A stretch of 64,000 bases of DNA from Camelus ferus. Taxonomy: Eukaryota. Under the pieces are notes generated by a model, which saw nothing but the letters and a program-made list of their open reading frames with translations, was not told the DNA's origin and made no database searches. The position numbers and the translations under genes were made by a program. This document shows positions 11,701 to 24,599 of the stretch, piece by piece. The stretch's first letter is position 1; the number at the start of each line of letters is the position of its first letter. Where the stretch lies: contig NC_045697.1 of the NCBI RefSeq assembly GCF_009834535.1, positions 36,148,001 through 36,212,000 on the forward strand, in the 5' to 3' direction.

Positions 11701-13859
11701 ACTGATCGTATGCCAAGTGTGGTTGGGGACAGACAGACAGGCCAAAGGGGGGGACAGAGTGGCAGGAAGGTTCAACCCTTGCTTATTCTGTTGGGGACAG
11801 CCTAGAAATTTTCCAGGGTGATTCCCCTGCCTAAATCCCCAAGGACAGGACATGCACCACCGGGAATGAGGCGGGTAGAGTCAGGGAAACTACTCACTGC
11901 CAGGAAGTATTTTTAAGTCTTATATATCCATTTTTTTCCTGTTGAAAACTCACCACTCTTGGGAGAGATGGGGATTTCTATTCAACTTTGGTCATGACTG
12001 CACTCCCTAAATCCGTGGAGGCCAAGGCAATAGATTCTGCCGAGATCTGCAAATCCTGTACTTCTCCATGGAGTCCCAAGCGGTGTGAATAAGACGCACC
12101 CTCCATAGCTGATCTCTACTGTCAGGAAAGCCCCTGGCCCGCCTTATGGAGGTCAGGTATCTGACTCTACTCAGCTGGGACCTGGAGCCCCAAGTCTTGG
12201 CCAATGCTGCACCCTCAACCACTTTTTCCAGCTACAAGGAGGAGTTTGTGAGCACCCCACCCCCCTCAACCCCCACCAACACACATTAAACAGAAGAGGC
12301 AGCTGCAGGCACCAGAGCCTCCTCATAGTCCTTCATCAGTAGGTGTGTCAATTACTCTATTACAATCCACCAGCCCTCTGTCTAAGGAAAGATGATTCAT
12401 TTTCTTAGATTGGCATCAATTTCTTGAAGTCCTTTTGTCTCATAAAGAAGAGTCAAAGTACACTAAGATGGAATAATAAAACCTGCAATCAAAGAGATGT
12501 GAAGGGTATCACATTGGGAAAAACAAAGACTTACTTATGTGCTCTTAACATGACTGAAGCAAGCTTCTTAGCTTGTGCTTTATAGTAGTATCCAGGTTCT
12601 GCTGAAATTGTCTGCATTTTATGTGCATTCACAAATGTAAAAGGCATCATCCCCAACAGGGCATTCTGCTGTGATCTCCACAGGGACGATGGCCACACCG
12701 CCTTTGAGCTAGCGGTGAACACCTGGATCATGCCCTTCCCCCCACCCCCCACTCCAGGAGAAAAGAGGAAGAAGAGGGGGCCCGGAGCTGTGTGTGCCCC
12801 TAGCAAAACCTTTCCCTCCCCTACCCTCGCCTTTCCTTCAACACCCATGGCCCCACCACCACAACAGCCTTGGAGACCCCTAGGACTAACCCCAACAGAT
12901 CCTGCACCCTCTTTTCATATCTGCCACCCAAGGTTCCCAGTCATTCCTCATCACTCTTGTTCCCAGTATGGCTCTGCACAGCCCTACTCTGCCTCCATTT
13001 CCCTGCCCAACTTCCAAACGTCTGTGCCTTCTGGAACTCATGTCCACTCAGCAACAAGTTCCTCCGTAGTTTCAACTTCTGCTCTGAAACCCCCCTTCAC
13101 CTTCTCGCTCCACCCCAGGGCAGGCTCTCCCCTCTCCTACAACCCTCTCAAGCGGTGGCTGTTTTCTCTACAGACCTCACAGCAGGGGGCCTGGAGGTGA
13201 CGCAGACCCTCCTCTCGCTGGGACCAGTAGCAACACCGCCCACAGCAGCTATGTTTTAGGAATCGGATAGATTTTTGTGAGCCTTTACAGGCAAACTGTT
13301 CTAAGAGATTAAACCCAACCCAAGTGCAAGGATGCCTCCCATGTCTGCACCGAGTTTCCAAAGCCACCTTACTTAGTTAACTTATTGAACATGAGCAAGT
13401 CGTTTTCTTCCAATCCACAGGTGTTTCTCAGGTACCACCCACTGTGAGCGAGGGGTGAGAGGAGTATACAGTGTGTACTCCACCCTCCTCAAACCTTATC
13501 TAGCTGCTTAACAGGAGTTCGTGTGGGAAATAACCAAAGGCATGGGGATGGTTTCTAAAAGGCTACACATAAAAATCACTCATTCTGGAGTCCCAGACCC
13601 AATGCTCCAAAGGATGGGAAAGAGCAGGAAGGCAGGCCCAGGCTGAGCAGAGACCCTCACGAGCTGGAGAGCCACCCACACCTGAACACGGCAGCCCCTT
13701 CTTACCTCTGGCCCATGGTTGCCATGGCCTCTGGGTCCCAATAGCCAGATAGTCCATTTTTTCCAAGAGGCACTAGAAATGTAGATTGTCATGTGAAGTC
13801 TGAATTTTAAATGATAATTAGTAATTCAAAAACTTAAAAAAATACTTGCGAGAGGTGGC

Positions 13860-14050
13860 TTACTGTAGTGGTAAGAGCATGGACTCTGGAGCTAGACTGC
13901 TTAGGTTCAAATTCTAGCTCAGAATTTACAGTTGGTGTGTCCTGGGGCAAGCTACCTAACTTCTCTGCATCAGCGTCTGTGTTTGTAAGATGGAGATAAT
14001 AAGAGTCCCCACCTGCTAATTCTATAATCTGCTTCATAGTGCCTGGAAGC
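13860..14050 (+). mobile_element. MIR SINE
   Basis: gtagtggtaagagcatggactctggagctagactgcttaggttcaaattctagctc...ggcaagctacctaacttctctg. Confidence 0.85.
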
Positions 14051-14375
14051 ACTCTGTCAAAGTCTGATAACTAGCGAGCAGTAGCCAGTCAGGTTGCCAA
14101 CTGGAAACCCTCACTCATTAGCCCCCTTCCGGCACCCTGACAAGACTTCAGCTCTGAGCATGAAGAGCATCAGTCTCAGAGCAGTTAGGTCGGCACAAGA
14201 GAGTGTTTTTAGGTGCTGCTGAGTGGGGCAGGGTGTAAGGGCGAGGAGATCTCAAGAAGAGATTCATGTGGAATGGAGAAGCTTCCTGAAGAAGGCAAAC
14301 CTGAGCTGGGCTCTACTGAACAGTGGTGCTATTGGCGAGACAGCAAAAAAGACAGAGAAGGTTACAGGAGGGTGG

Positions 14376-14735
14376 GTACGTTAGTCAGAGTCTGCAGGAA
14401 ATAGATGACACACTCAATGGGTAATTTGGGGGAGAGTTTAATAAAAGGGCTATTTACTAAGATGTGGGCGGGGCTTAGAAAAACTAACAAATGGAGGTGG
14501 AGGACTCTGGGGCTAGTAACAACAGAGGCCACGCGCAGGTCTGAAGAGGAAGGGAAGGAAGCAGTGTCCAGACCTCCTACAACCTCCAGCTGGTGCCTCT
14601 CCATTAGCCGATCCCGGCCAGAAGCCACAGGGCAAGGGAGCCCGTGGGTGCAGTCCACACAGGATGACCTTTCCCTTCCCACCCCCGACATGAAGCAGGG
14701 TAGAGAGGAGTGGGCAGTGGAGAAAGTCCAGCACA
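14376..14735 (-). mobile_element. ERVL-class LTR (LTR41-like)
   Basis: agtcagagtctgcaggaaatagatgacacactcaatgggtaatttgggggagagtttaataaaagggctatttac; ATTAAA poly(A)-type signal on the minus strand. Confidence 0.65.
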
Positions 14736-15566
14736 ATGGGGAAGATGAAGGAAAAGGATCAGAGGCTCAAACTGTGTTGGAAAGCAAGGAAGCTATTCGC
14801 AGCCTTAGTTTTTCAATCTGTCATTTTCATTTGCTCTCCCTAAAGTCCAATAAATAACAGGAAGACATTTTATAATGTTGGAAGGACACTGCGGCTATAT
14901 ACACATGCTCAGAGAGGTGGGAAAGGTAGGGAAACGAGGAAAAGTGGGCCAGCAGCTCCAGGGGGGAGACGTGCATAAAACATTTTTCAAAATAGCAAAA
15001 GGTTTCTAGGGGAAAAAAACACATGCAAACAAGTCTACAAAACCGTTGAACCTGGATGATTAGCCAGGTTTTTGGAGACAGGCTACAGAAAACAAATGAT
15101 AGCGTCTTAATGGACATGAACTCAAAATTTTAAATAATGGAATGTGACAGGCCAAAAAGTCCAAGAGAAGTGTTTTCCAATTGCCTATAATTTCATTATG
15201 AGGCAGAAAGACCTGCTTGATTTAGCCAAAATTTAAATGAGCTGCCTCTACATACTTTCTCATTTGATGGCGCCTGTCACGTCCTGATGCAGCAATCTAA
15301 GTCCTGATGTGAAGGCCTGGGTCTCAGTAGCAGCTCCCAGAAGCGCAGCATGGATTAGAATGGTTTTCCTTTGTACTCTGAACCTCACCTCCCAATGACC
15401 TTTGACAAACCTGCCATCGTCCATAAGTGGCTATAAACTCCTGCTTCTTGCAAACTATGATTTTCTTCTTGTATCAGCTCTAGAAGTAATAAGTTTCACA
15501 TTGTCAGGAAGCACTTCCTCTGTCTGGGACTAACTTTCTTCCAGGAACCTTAAAGATTTTGGAGTC

Positions 15567-16022
15567 CAGTCTTCCCAAAGCATTTCCTTTCTTTCTTTTT
15601 CTTTTTTTAAAAATTAACCTGTGTGGGGGTGTGTGTGTGGTAATTAGGTTTATCTATTTATTTTCTTTTTAAATGTTGGGCACTGGGGACTGAACCCAGG
15701 ACCTCATGCATGCTGAGCACTTGCTCTACCACTGACCTATACCCTCTCCCCAACAAAAAGCACTTTCAAAAGTCCTCATAGGCATTATATGAACAAACGG
15801 TTCTACGGCCTAAGAGTTTGGGAAATACTGCTTAAGAGCCACAAAAATCAAAGAGGTTTTCCTTAAGGATGGCCTTCTGAGAGCTTTTAATATCAAATAC
15901 AAATGGTGAATCTCCTGGAAGAAGTTATGGTATGGATTTTCAAATTTACTTGGCCAAAGAATAACTTTCTCAGTAAGCACCTTGTAGGCCAGGTATGCTA
16001 CTGAATACACTTTGGAAGGTGG
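15567..16022. mobile_element. hAT-Charlie element (Charlie4/MER80-like) interrupted by a SINE
   Basis: cagtcttcccaaag...gtttgggaaatactg...cttctgagagcttttaatat...gtgaatctcc...acactttggaa. Confidence 0.55.
15590..15750 (-). mobile_element. Vic-1-type SINE, long form
   Basis: ggtaattaggtttatctattt...ggcactggggactgaacccaggacctcatgcatgctgagcacttgctctaccactgacctataccctctcccc. Confidence 0.9.
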
Positions 16023-17074
16023 ATTACAAAAGAAGAAACTGGAGCCTGAAGAGAGGAAATGTCTTGCTCCAGGCTTCCCCATCGCTATGGCTCTCTCCTG
16101 CTGCTAGTAATACTGAGCATTAGCGCTGACCTTGTACATAACCTTCTTTTATAGACACAACTAGTCTCAACCTCCATTTCTACAGACTGAAGAATCTCAA
16201 CCTTTTTGTTTTTTCCTCTCTGACCATCACCTTTGCTCCCCTTTATCATTCTCTGAAACTTGCCCAATTCTAAACTATTTTTCTTGAGGAACAAGGCCAG
16301 GAATGGCACATACATTCCAGGTGGGAACACAGGATGGCTCTGTGCATGCTTTCAGTCTCGCTTCTTGTAACTTTCCCAAGGCCCCAACATTTCATTGGCC
16401 TTCTGGCCTCCAGGAGCTGGTGCTCCCTGTACTTTCTGGGGCTGCACTGATAGCTTGGAGCACATCACCCTCTAAGTCAAGGGCTTAAGTTTCATTTCCT
16501 GCCCTAGATTAGGCTGGAGACCATCTAGCCTACCTTGTATCTCCCACAGTGTCCAGCCTCCCACATGATTACTGAGAGTCCCCAGAAGTCCTGCATTTGC
16601 TTCACTGAGTTAATATTTCAGAAGTTTCATCCCTAATTATCCTGCTTTTGCCCCAAAGAAAATACATTCACTACACTTCTATAGCTTAGCAGGATCTTAT
16701 GATGTTTACCCTTGACAGTTAACTTTGGAATTAGGCCAAATTTGCAGTTATTTTCTTCAAATGACTTATAAATATTTTCTATAAACTGTTTCTTAGGGCC
16801 TTGTACTGCTTCTTCCAGATGCAACAGAGATTTATGTCCAATTAGAAGGTTGCCTTTAAAATGAATAATGGCTTTTACACAACAGCGAAGATGCTGGCAA
16901 TTAAAAGAACAACAGCTAGACAAACAGGTTTGTGCTTTTAGATGCAGACACACTGAGCTCTGCTGAACATCAAGGCTGAACTGGAGGTCCAGCTGCTTCT
17001 TCCACTGCAGTGATGAGGACAGAACATTCTTGGCAGGAAGTTCTGTCCTTGGGGGCAAGTTGCCTTTAAATTAG

Positions 17075-17165
17075 ACCTCCCAGTCCCCAGCATAGTTCTG
17101 GGTTCAGTGTAGATGCTCAATAAACATTTCTTAAAGGGATAAATGACTGAATAAAGGAATGAACA
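17075..17165 (+). mobile_element. L2 3' terminus
   Basis: ccagcatagttctgg...gtagatgctcaataaacatttc...aatgactgaataaaggaatgaa. Confidence 0.65.
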
Positions 17166-18797
17166 GTGAACAAAGAAACATCCTGGAAAAGATTTATCTT
17201 AGGCATGGCGTTGGTCTCAGCTCCTAAGCATGAGTTTTCAGTTCCCTCTGTTCTTTTTTCCATTTGTTGGGATCCAGCCCCTCCAACACATCCTTTGTAC
17301 TCCGAGGACATTTCTCAGGTCCCCAAACAGCAGGCTAGTTAGCCACATCTTTAGATAATGACAATGTAAAACGTCCCCACTTCTTTTGTTCTAAGGAGCA
17401 TTAAGGCCATAAAAGCATTAATGGCAAACCCTTCAAAAGGCCTTCAGGAAATAAAGGTGACATTTGTTTCCACAGAGGACCTTGAAAAACTATTCATTTC
17501 AAACACTGTTCTAAAGCATTAAGTATGTCTACTTTCATATTCACATTTGGACTCTATTTTTCCTTCTGAAAAAGCAAAAAAGACAACAGAATATTATGTG
17601 TGTCAATTCACCGAACCGTTATTATACTGTATCTGTTTCTAAGAGGATATTGTTATGAGGCTGTGCTCATGATAGAATGTTCATTTTAAATCCCTCTGCA
17701 CCTTATGAATTTCACTCCATCTTAGCTTTTCTCCCCCCAAGAAGTCATGCAGGTTCCTTTAATAATCCCAGTAAATAGCTCCAGCCTTCCACAGCTGCAG
17801 AGGTTTACTGTCCTGGGAGATTTTCAATGTTACAATTCATGCTTCCAATCAAAACAGTGACAGAGTTGACATGATTTACGGAGGAGAAGGACTTGATTAG
17901 GGACTAGCACACTAGCGAGTAAATATTAAACAACTACGGGGAATTTTTAATATGCAGTGCTCTCTTCATTCCCAACAACAAGCCAGAAATAATTTCCTGT
18001 GCCACAGCTAAGCGAAATGGAAGCTTGTTTCTAAGGTTCCTTGCTGCGTGTTGTACACATTTCAGCAAAGCAGCCTTCACCCAGGAGAGGCGCTGGTTCC
18101 TTAAACAGCTCCATCCTCCTCATTTCAAATGGAAACCAGCTGTCCTTCTAACTGTAATGAGAACACCTATCCAGAAGGTCAAAACTGGGCTGATGACACC
18201 TCACTGGGAAATGCATCAAGCTTCTTTATCTGGGTTAAAGTTTGCCTGCAGTGAATTTTCAGTGACAGCCTGTGACCCGGAATTTCAATTCCTTGATGCT
18301 TTCAGAGCATATTTCTTCCTCTCTGGAGGTAAAAATCAGCACATAATACACTATGAATTGGGAGCTGAAACAGACGTTGATTTTAGGGGAGAGAAAAAGA
18401 TTCTGGAAAGACAAATCTGGGGATTTTTCCATTGAGAATAAGTAATTCTGAAAATCAATTGTAGGCTTTCTTTTTTTTTTTTAAATGACTTAACTCCTTC
18501 ACGGGGATGATTTGAGAACACCCATGCCTCCACTCTCTGCCCTCAAATTTCCAAAAATAACAGCAACAATGATCCTGGTAGAAGTCAAAAGGTCAATGGA
18601 TCCTAAAATGGCTTTCAGGCTCAACTATGCACCGTCAACAAGAAAGGTCCAGCCATGTTATGATGAATCACTCCTTGATGAGAGATCAAACCATAAAATT
18701 GAACAACTGCGTAGTTTATACTATGAACTGCATGACTTAAATCTCAACGGGGTTAGTTTGAAATTGAGAAAGGTTGGGATATCTTATTAGCATAAAA

Positions 18798-18798
<1 letters not shown>

Positions 18799-18848
<50 letters not shown>
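18799..18848. repeat. (CA)25 microsatellite followed by (GGCAAA)3
   Basis: Direct reading. Confidence 0.97.
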
Positions 18849-18851
<3 letters not shown>

Positions 18852-20409
18852 CAAAGGCAAAGGCAAAGGCGGTGGCTGCAGACTGAGCTGTGACCGTGGT
18901 CGTGGAGGTTGTCCTCTGTGGTGGGCTTCAGTTTCCAGAAGCACCCAGGGCTATTTGTCTGGCCAGGGACCACTCCGATAGACTTTTTGATACAGTTCTT
19001 AAAACAAGGTTAAAAAAAGAACACTCTCTCTCTTTCTTTTTGTTTCTTTGTTCATGTACAATAAAACTGGTACTCCTTTCTGCCCCACTGAATTTTTGCA
19101 GCTTCTTCGAAGAGCCAAACTAATGCCTTTCGGGAGCTGCTCACAAAAATTCCTTCTGCGTTTAGGGAGTTAATTGACATCTATTAATTTTGCTCAGATT
19201 CTCTCTCCTTCCACCTCGCTGTCCCCTGCTTTTTTTTTTTTTTTTTTTTGAGAGAAAGCTAATGAAAACCATGTTTATGTGCTCAAAGGCACAGAGGAAA
19301 TTCATTACTCTGAGGAATAGCACACTCCACAAGTGAAATGAAAGTAATCTTATTTATGACAGGAAGGGGCCCCACTAGACTGAACGCCACCACACTTAGG
19401 CTGTTACAGGGCTCCCGCGCCCAGTCCGAACGGCGGCCTTGAGGACAACGGACACATCTGCAGTCCGTGCTGGAAAACTGTTAGAAGCTGCTCCCTCCCT
19501 CAGGACAACCACCCCATAGAACCAAGGAAAGGAATCTTTTTAGAATGGACTATTCTTCCTTATACCTTCCTGTACTTTTCTGGGACTCCTTGTGACCAAA
19601 TTTCAAAAAGCCTTTGAAATCGTAAGTTCATGGCATTGATCAAGCTCTGGCCTGTAAGTACAGATACTCTAGTTTTGTGGCCTAATTCTCTTACTATACA
19701 GGTTTTCCACTGTGGATTCATGGGCCATTTCCCAGGTAAATAAATAATGGCACTGTTTGAGTAACACATTTTCACAACAATTGTCCACTTCTGCCCTTGC
19801 AGACAATTCTGCCTTTCTTTCTTGAAAATCCCATCAACAGTAAATAAGTTTCTCATTTAACTACTAGGTTTTCCTTCACTGTGTTTTTTCTCCATTTAGT
19901 CAACAAAAATCATTTAGGTTTTGTGTGCTAGAGGCGGTTGGAGGGGCAACCTCTTCACTTTGTCTTCTAAATGCCTCATGAGCATTTTACAAAATCTTAA
20001 TAAACATTATGTGAAATGTTGGCAGTAAAAAGATGGTTTTATAGTATTTACGGTGTGGCTTCCTAGAACAACTTTTGCTGTAAGGTCCTCTGAGACCATC
20101 AGGCCCAACCCCTGGTTTATAAATGAGTAAACAGGCTCAAGGGAAGATCCTAGACTGTATATCTTCCATTTTATTAAGAAAAAAACAACTTTCCTATACT
20201 CCAGGAGACTTCCCATGTTTACCACGGAAGGAAAGGACACGCTTGCAATCTATGCAGTGAGGAGTTTCTGTTCCTTTCATCTAGATGAGAAGGGTTTGTC
20301 TCTTCTTCCAGCACAAAATAAAAAGGGTCAACTAAAGAAAATCTGGTTTTCTGATGTCATGTACAGCGACACAGTACCAGAGAACCACTGGAAATTAATT
20401 AACTAGTTT

Positions 20410-20640
20410 GAGCAACACATCTTTATTAAGCCTCGAAGTGCCAAGCAAGTACAAGGCCCTGGAGGAAACAGACAGGCACCCTTCCCATGCAGCTCCCAGT
20501 TGTGGAGGGCAGACGGGCAGGTAAGCAGGTGAGCGAGGTTACATCACGGTGTGACAGGTGCTAGCAGTGGGGAGCACGGAGCGCTAAGAGAGAGAGGAGG
20601 CGCCTCCAGGAGGAGGAAGGAGTTGGTCTGGACACAGAGT
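20410..20640 (-). mobile_element. L2 fragment
   Basis: caacacatctttattaagcctcgaagtgccaagc...cagctcccagttgtggagggcagac. Confidence 0.55.
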
Positions 20641-21049
20641 GGCCGTGACTGTACCAGGCAGAAGGAACAACTTTCATAAAAATCTGGAGAAGAAAGTTTC
20701 AGAGTTTTTGATAAGTCAGTGTCATTGGCCCACGCTGGGTGGGGCTGGGGAGGGTAGGTCAGAAAGGGATTATAGTCAAGAGTCTCTGATTTTAACTGGC
20801 CACACCTAAAATCCAAGCGTTCCTTCCTTGCCTTGCCCCAAATGAACGTTTTTTCAGTGTGGTATGTAACATTATTAGACCAACTATTCTCTCCTGTAAT
20901 CCAAGACACTGTTTGCAGCCTGGCTTTGCAATACTCAAAGGTGCTTCCAGTTCCTTAAAAAGGCCTTGGATTCAACTCATGCAGCATTTATCAAGCACCT
21001 CAGAGGCACCACACTCTCCCCCATCTCAGCCCTGTTGTGTGTTCAGCCC

Positions 21050-21190
21050 TGGATTAGAGTGCAGATCACCTGCATCAGGGATCCCTTGGTCTCCCCACGA
21101 TGTCCGGGGAGGACTGTCTTACCCACTCCACTAATCCTAGCACAATGCCAAACACACAGTAGGAGATTAATAAATGTGTGTTAAATGATC
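21050..21190 (+). mobile_element. L2 3' terminus
   Basis: cctagcacaatgccaaacacacagtaggagattaataaatgtgtgttaaatga. Confidence 0.6.
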
Positions 21191-21739
21191 CAGGTGTTTG
21201 GTAGGATTTAACTCAATTCTCAAAATACAGTTAAACGCACCTTTTAAAAAAATATTTCCTACATAGCACGTTTCAGTGCAGACGGTCGGTGAGTGGACAA
21301 TAAAGAAAATGGTTGGGGTGGGGGATCCCTGGTCTCCAAAAAGTAGCATAACTCAGCGTTCCCTGCTATTAGGGAAATGGGACTATTTTTTCTCTGAGCT
21401 TATCGCATTCACTAGCCTATTTTACTGGTGTAGTACTGGGTGGCAGATGTTTTGAATAAAAAGTAGACATTACAAGCTAATGATTTAGCAGAACAAGCCA
21501 AGAGCCAGCAAGTCAGGAGGGAGAAGAGGAACTATATCACAAAGTCCAGCTATTATAGGGTCTATTGTTTGTTACCTCAGTTTCTCATTAAGCAAACTCA
21601 CTATATTTAAGGTAATTTTCAAAGAGTAAGTATAGAAAAACATAGTAATAAAGATGAACCATATACTTGGATGGTCAGGACACAGGTCAAGATTACAGAT
21701 TTTATGCCTCTGATCTACCACTGTTGATCCTTAAACACC

Positions 21740-21950
21740 TATCATTCATCCAGCATTTACTGAGGACCTACTATGTGCCAGGCTCTGTGCTGTGCTTTGG
21801 GAAAACAGAGGTGAGGAACATAATAGCTCTGCTTTGGAATTTATAACCTAGTAAGGAATACAGAAAAGTAAGTTAAAAAAATTTATAACCAATCTAACTT
21901 TGGAGGAAGCAGCATGAGAGTCAGAGCAGGCTTCCCAGAAGAAACAAAAT
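21740..21950 (-). mobile_element. L2 3' terminus
   Basis: cattcatccagcatttactgaggacctactatgtgccaggctctgtgctg. Confidence 0.75.
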
Positions 21951-22821
21951 CTCTCAAAGGCATGTTATCAATCATTGGGTGGTTTGGATAAGATTTTAAA
22001 AGCTGATCAGCACAGGTCTCCCACCGTGACTAGAAAAATATCTCAAGTAGAATGCTCGCTAACAGTGGCTCATCTTCCGAGATGGTCAAATAGCTCTATG
22101 TGCTCTCAGAAGCTTTGTATCATACTACGTCGTCAAGTAAAATGTTTATGAAAATATATTTTGGGTTTAAAAACGTATTAAGTTTGGGGGGGGCAGGGAA
22201 TGGAGACAAACTGGTAAACAGCTTGAATACTTTCATCTTGCTTCTGTAGTAACCTGTTGTGGCCACGGAGAGGCGCTCTGGGTTAAAGAATGAGTGGGTT
22301 CTCTTTCCCACTCTACATTCTTCCTCTGCTCTACCAGGGGCTTTCAGAGAGCAATGTGGGTTTATCTACCATCAGGAAGGCCAGCAGCTCTTAGAGGAAA
22401 GCAGATGTTTGTCCAGCACAAAGTACAGATGTTTTTGACTGAAGTTCCAAAATAAATCTTATTTATGCAGGAAGAATTAAACGAAGGTGGAGACTGCTTC
22501 TTAAGAGAGGGGGCTTCTATTACTAAAAATAACCATTTTTCTCACTCAATCACCTCTGGGGGTAGAAGGGACAAATAAGTAAAGCAAACAAACAAAACTA
22601 AAACAGTAAACAATAATAACAACAAAAGACAACAAAACCCCTCACAAAATAAAACAAAGCTGAGGAGTAATGAGAACATTTTCAAAAAGGACACACTGCT
22701 GGAAGCAGCTCTGGCAGTATTCCCCTTGGTGTTGGTTTTGGATCATCCTGTTCGAATAGGAGTCTTCTTTCACCTTCATCCTGAACCGGTCAATAATCCA
22801 ATGTTTGTAACATTACAGACA

Positions 22822-22835
22822 GTTGCCATGGAAAT
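22822..22835. promoter_or_regulatory. Candidate RFX X-box
   Basis: GTTGCCATGGAAAT matches GTTGCCATGGCAAC at 12 of 14 positions, in apparently unique sequence. Confidence 0.35.
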
Positions 22836-23309
22836 AAATCTGATGTCACAGAATTAGGTTTTTGGGTATCATCCTGGGTCATGTAGGAGCAGAAAGCAAG
22901 ACAGTCACATCTGCCCTGTGCTAGGGGTCAGGAAAATAATACTACACAAACTGTGTACTGTTAACAATATGAACCTTTAAAAAGTTTTCAAAATCTTTAC
23001 GTAGCTTTTTCAAAACTCTGGTGCTTCACTGTGGAAAAATTTTGATTTAATTATCTGCTGTTTATAGGGTTTATGAAATAAGCTATGGCCAAGGTTTCTA
23101 CTTTTATTTATTTATTTATTATTTTTTATTGATGTGCAGAATTTTTATTTATCTAAAACTCCTGAACTCTTTAGCCGTCAGTGGGTATTCTAAATCCTCT
23201 TCGTACTAGACAAAATAAATGAATTGTGTTAAAGAGGAGTAAAAAGTTCTCATTAGAAGATAAGTAAAGAAAATGCATACTTGTCACTTTGAGGAACACT
23301 TAATTTTAA

Positions 23310-23420
23310 ATTAGGTTTATATGGATTTTTTCCCCGCCTTAACAGAGGCACTGGGGATTGAACCCAGGACCTCATGCTTGCGAGTATGCGCTCTACCACT
23401 GAGCTGTACCCCCCACCTCC
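23310..23420 (-). mobile_element. Vic-1-type SINE
   Basis: gaggcactggggattgaacccaggacctcatgcttgcgagtatgcgctctaccactgagctgtacccccc. Confidence 0.88.
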
Positions 23421-24089
23421 TAAGGATTTTTTTTTTTTAAGTCTTTAGGGAACCCGAAAAAACATGAATCTTTCCTAAGATGGTACTTCAGGACATTAAA
23501 AAATGTTCAAAATCATATTCTTTCTCCTGCTTCCATCCCCCTTCCCTTCCTAAAAAAGAGAAAAAGCAAAAGTTCTTGCACAATACTCATGTTTGGGTGG
23601 GCACCACTGACTAATTATAACACAATAGGCTATTTTCTGTTTCCTAAAAATAAGGAGGGCAATTATCCAGGGGTAGGGATGGTTATGCAATGTACCACAT
23701 GGGCCACACTTCACCCACTGGAAATAAACGTGGAAAACGTTTTCAATCACATCTAAAAAAACAAGGAGAGAAAAGGTGAATAAAAACTAGCTAAATAAAC
23801 ATGCTGAAATAAAAACACACGAAAGAGTAAAGTAACTCGTCCAAATTCTGCTGCTGACAATAATGCTGTTTTGTATTTATATTTAACATGAAAGATTAAA
23901 AAAAAAAGTGCTGTATGCGTTTTACAAACCTCAATAACCTCAATAAAATTGTTAAAAAGTATTTTCCCCAATCTTCTTTTATCTTCTGGAGTTAAACCAG
24001 TGAGATTATGTCAGGATAGGGATTAAAAACTCTCCAACATGAGTAAGATAAGTAAGTTCTTTTAAAATTAATTTGTGGGAAAAATAAAG

Positions 24090-24240
24090 AGTACTTTATT
24101 GTAGTTGGGAATCAGGAGACGGAGTCTGAGGTCACCTCTACAACCTGTGAGCTCTGCGCCAGGTCACTATAGCTCACTGGTGGGTTTTATCTAAAATGGA
24201 GCGTTGGACCACATAATTTCTGAGCCTTTTTCTGCTATAT
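24090..24240 (+). mobile_element. MIR3-like SINE
   Basis: tgggaatcaggagac...atctaaaatggagcgttggaccacataatttctgagcctttttctgct. Confidence 0.55.
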
Positions 24241-24599
24241 CTGCCCTTATATAAAGGACTTTAGACCTTATAACCAAACTCTTAGAGTTGTAATGTACAA
24301 AGATTGGCAAAGAAAATTAGCCAAGGGCTACAGGTTGAGGGCTGGAGAGGCAGCTGGCTAAAGAAAAATTGATTTCAAAAATCAGTTTTATACCAGTGGT
24401 CCTTTACTCGTTACTGATAACCATGGCACCCACGACCACTATCAATTCTTACTCTTCCCACATTTTTTCATTCAGTCTCCCACTCTCCCAGACCATGACT
24501 TCAAACCCTCTCTTCTCCTCAGCCCTCCAACGCCTCCTTCCCCAACCTCACTGCTGGCTGGCGGCCGGGCTCCCTCCTCCACCAAGAAGCAGAGGGCAT

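Noticed and set aside
14362..14857. Overlapping ORFs of 124-150 aa
   Set aside because: They fall mostly within an LTR41-like element
2940..17919. ACTAGCGAG occurring three times (2940, 14070, 17911)
   Set aside because: Noticed after the fact; with so many possible 9-mers a triple is expected, and the flanks are unrelated
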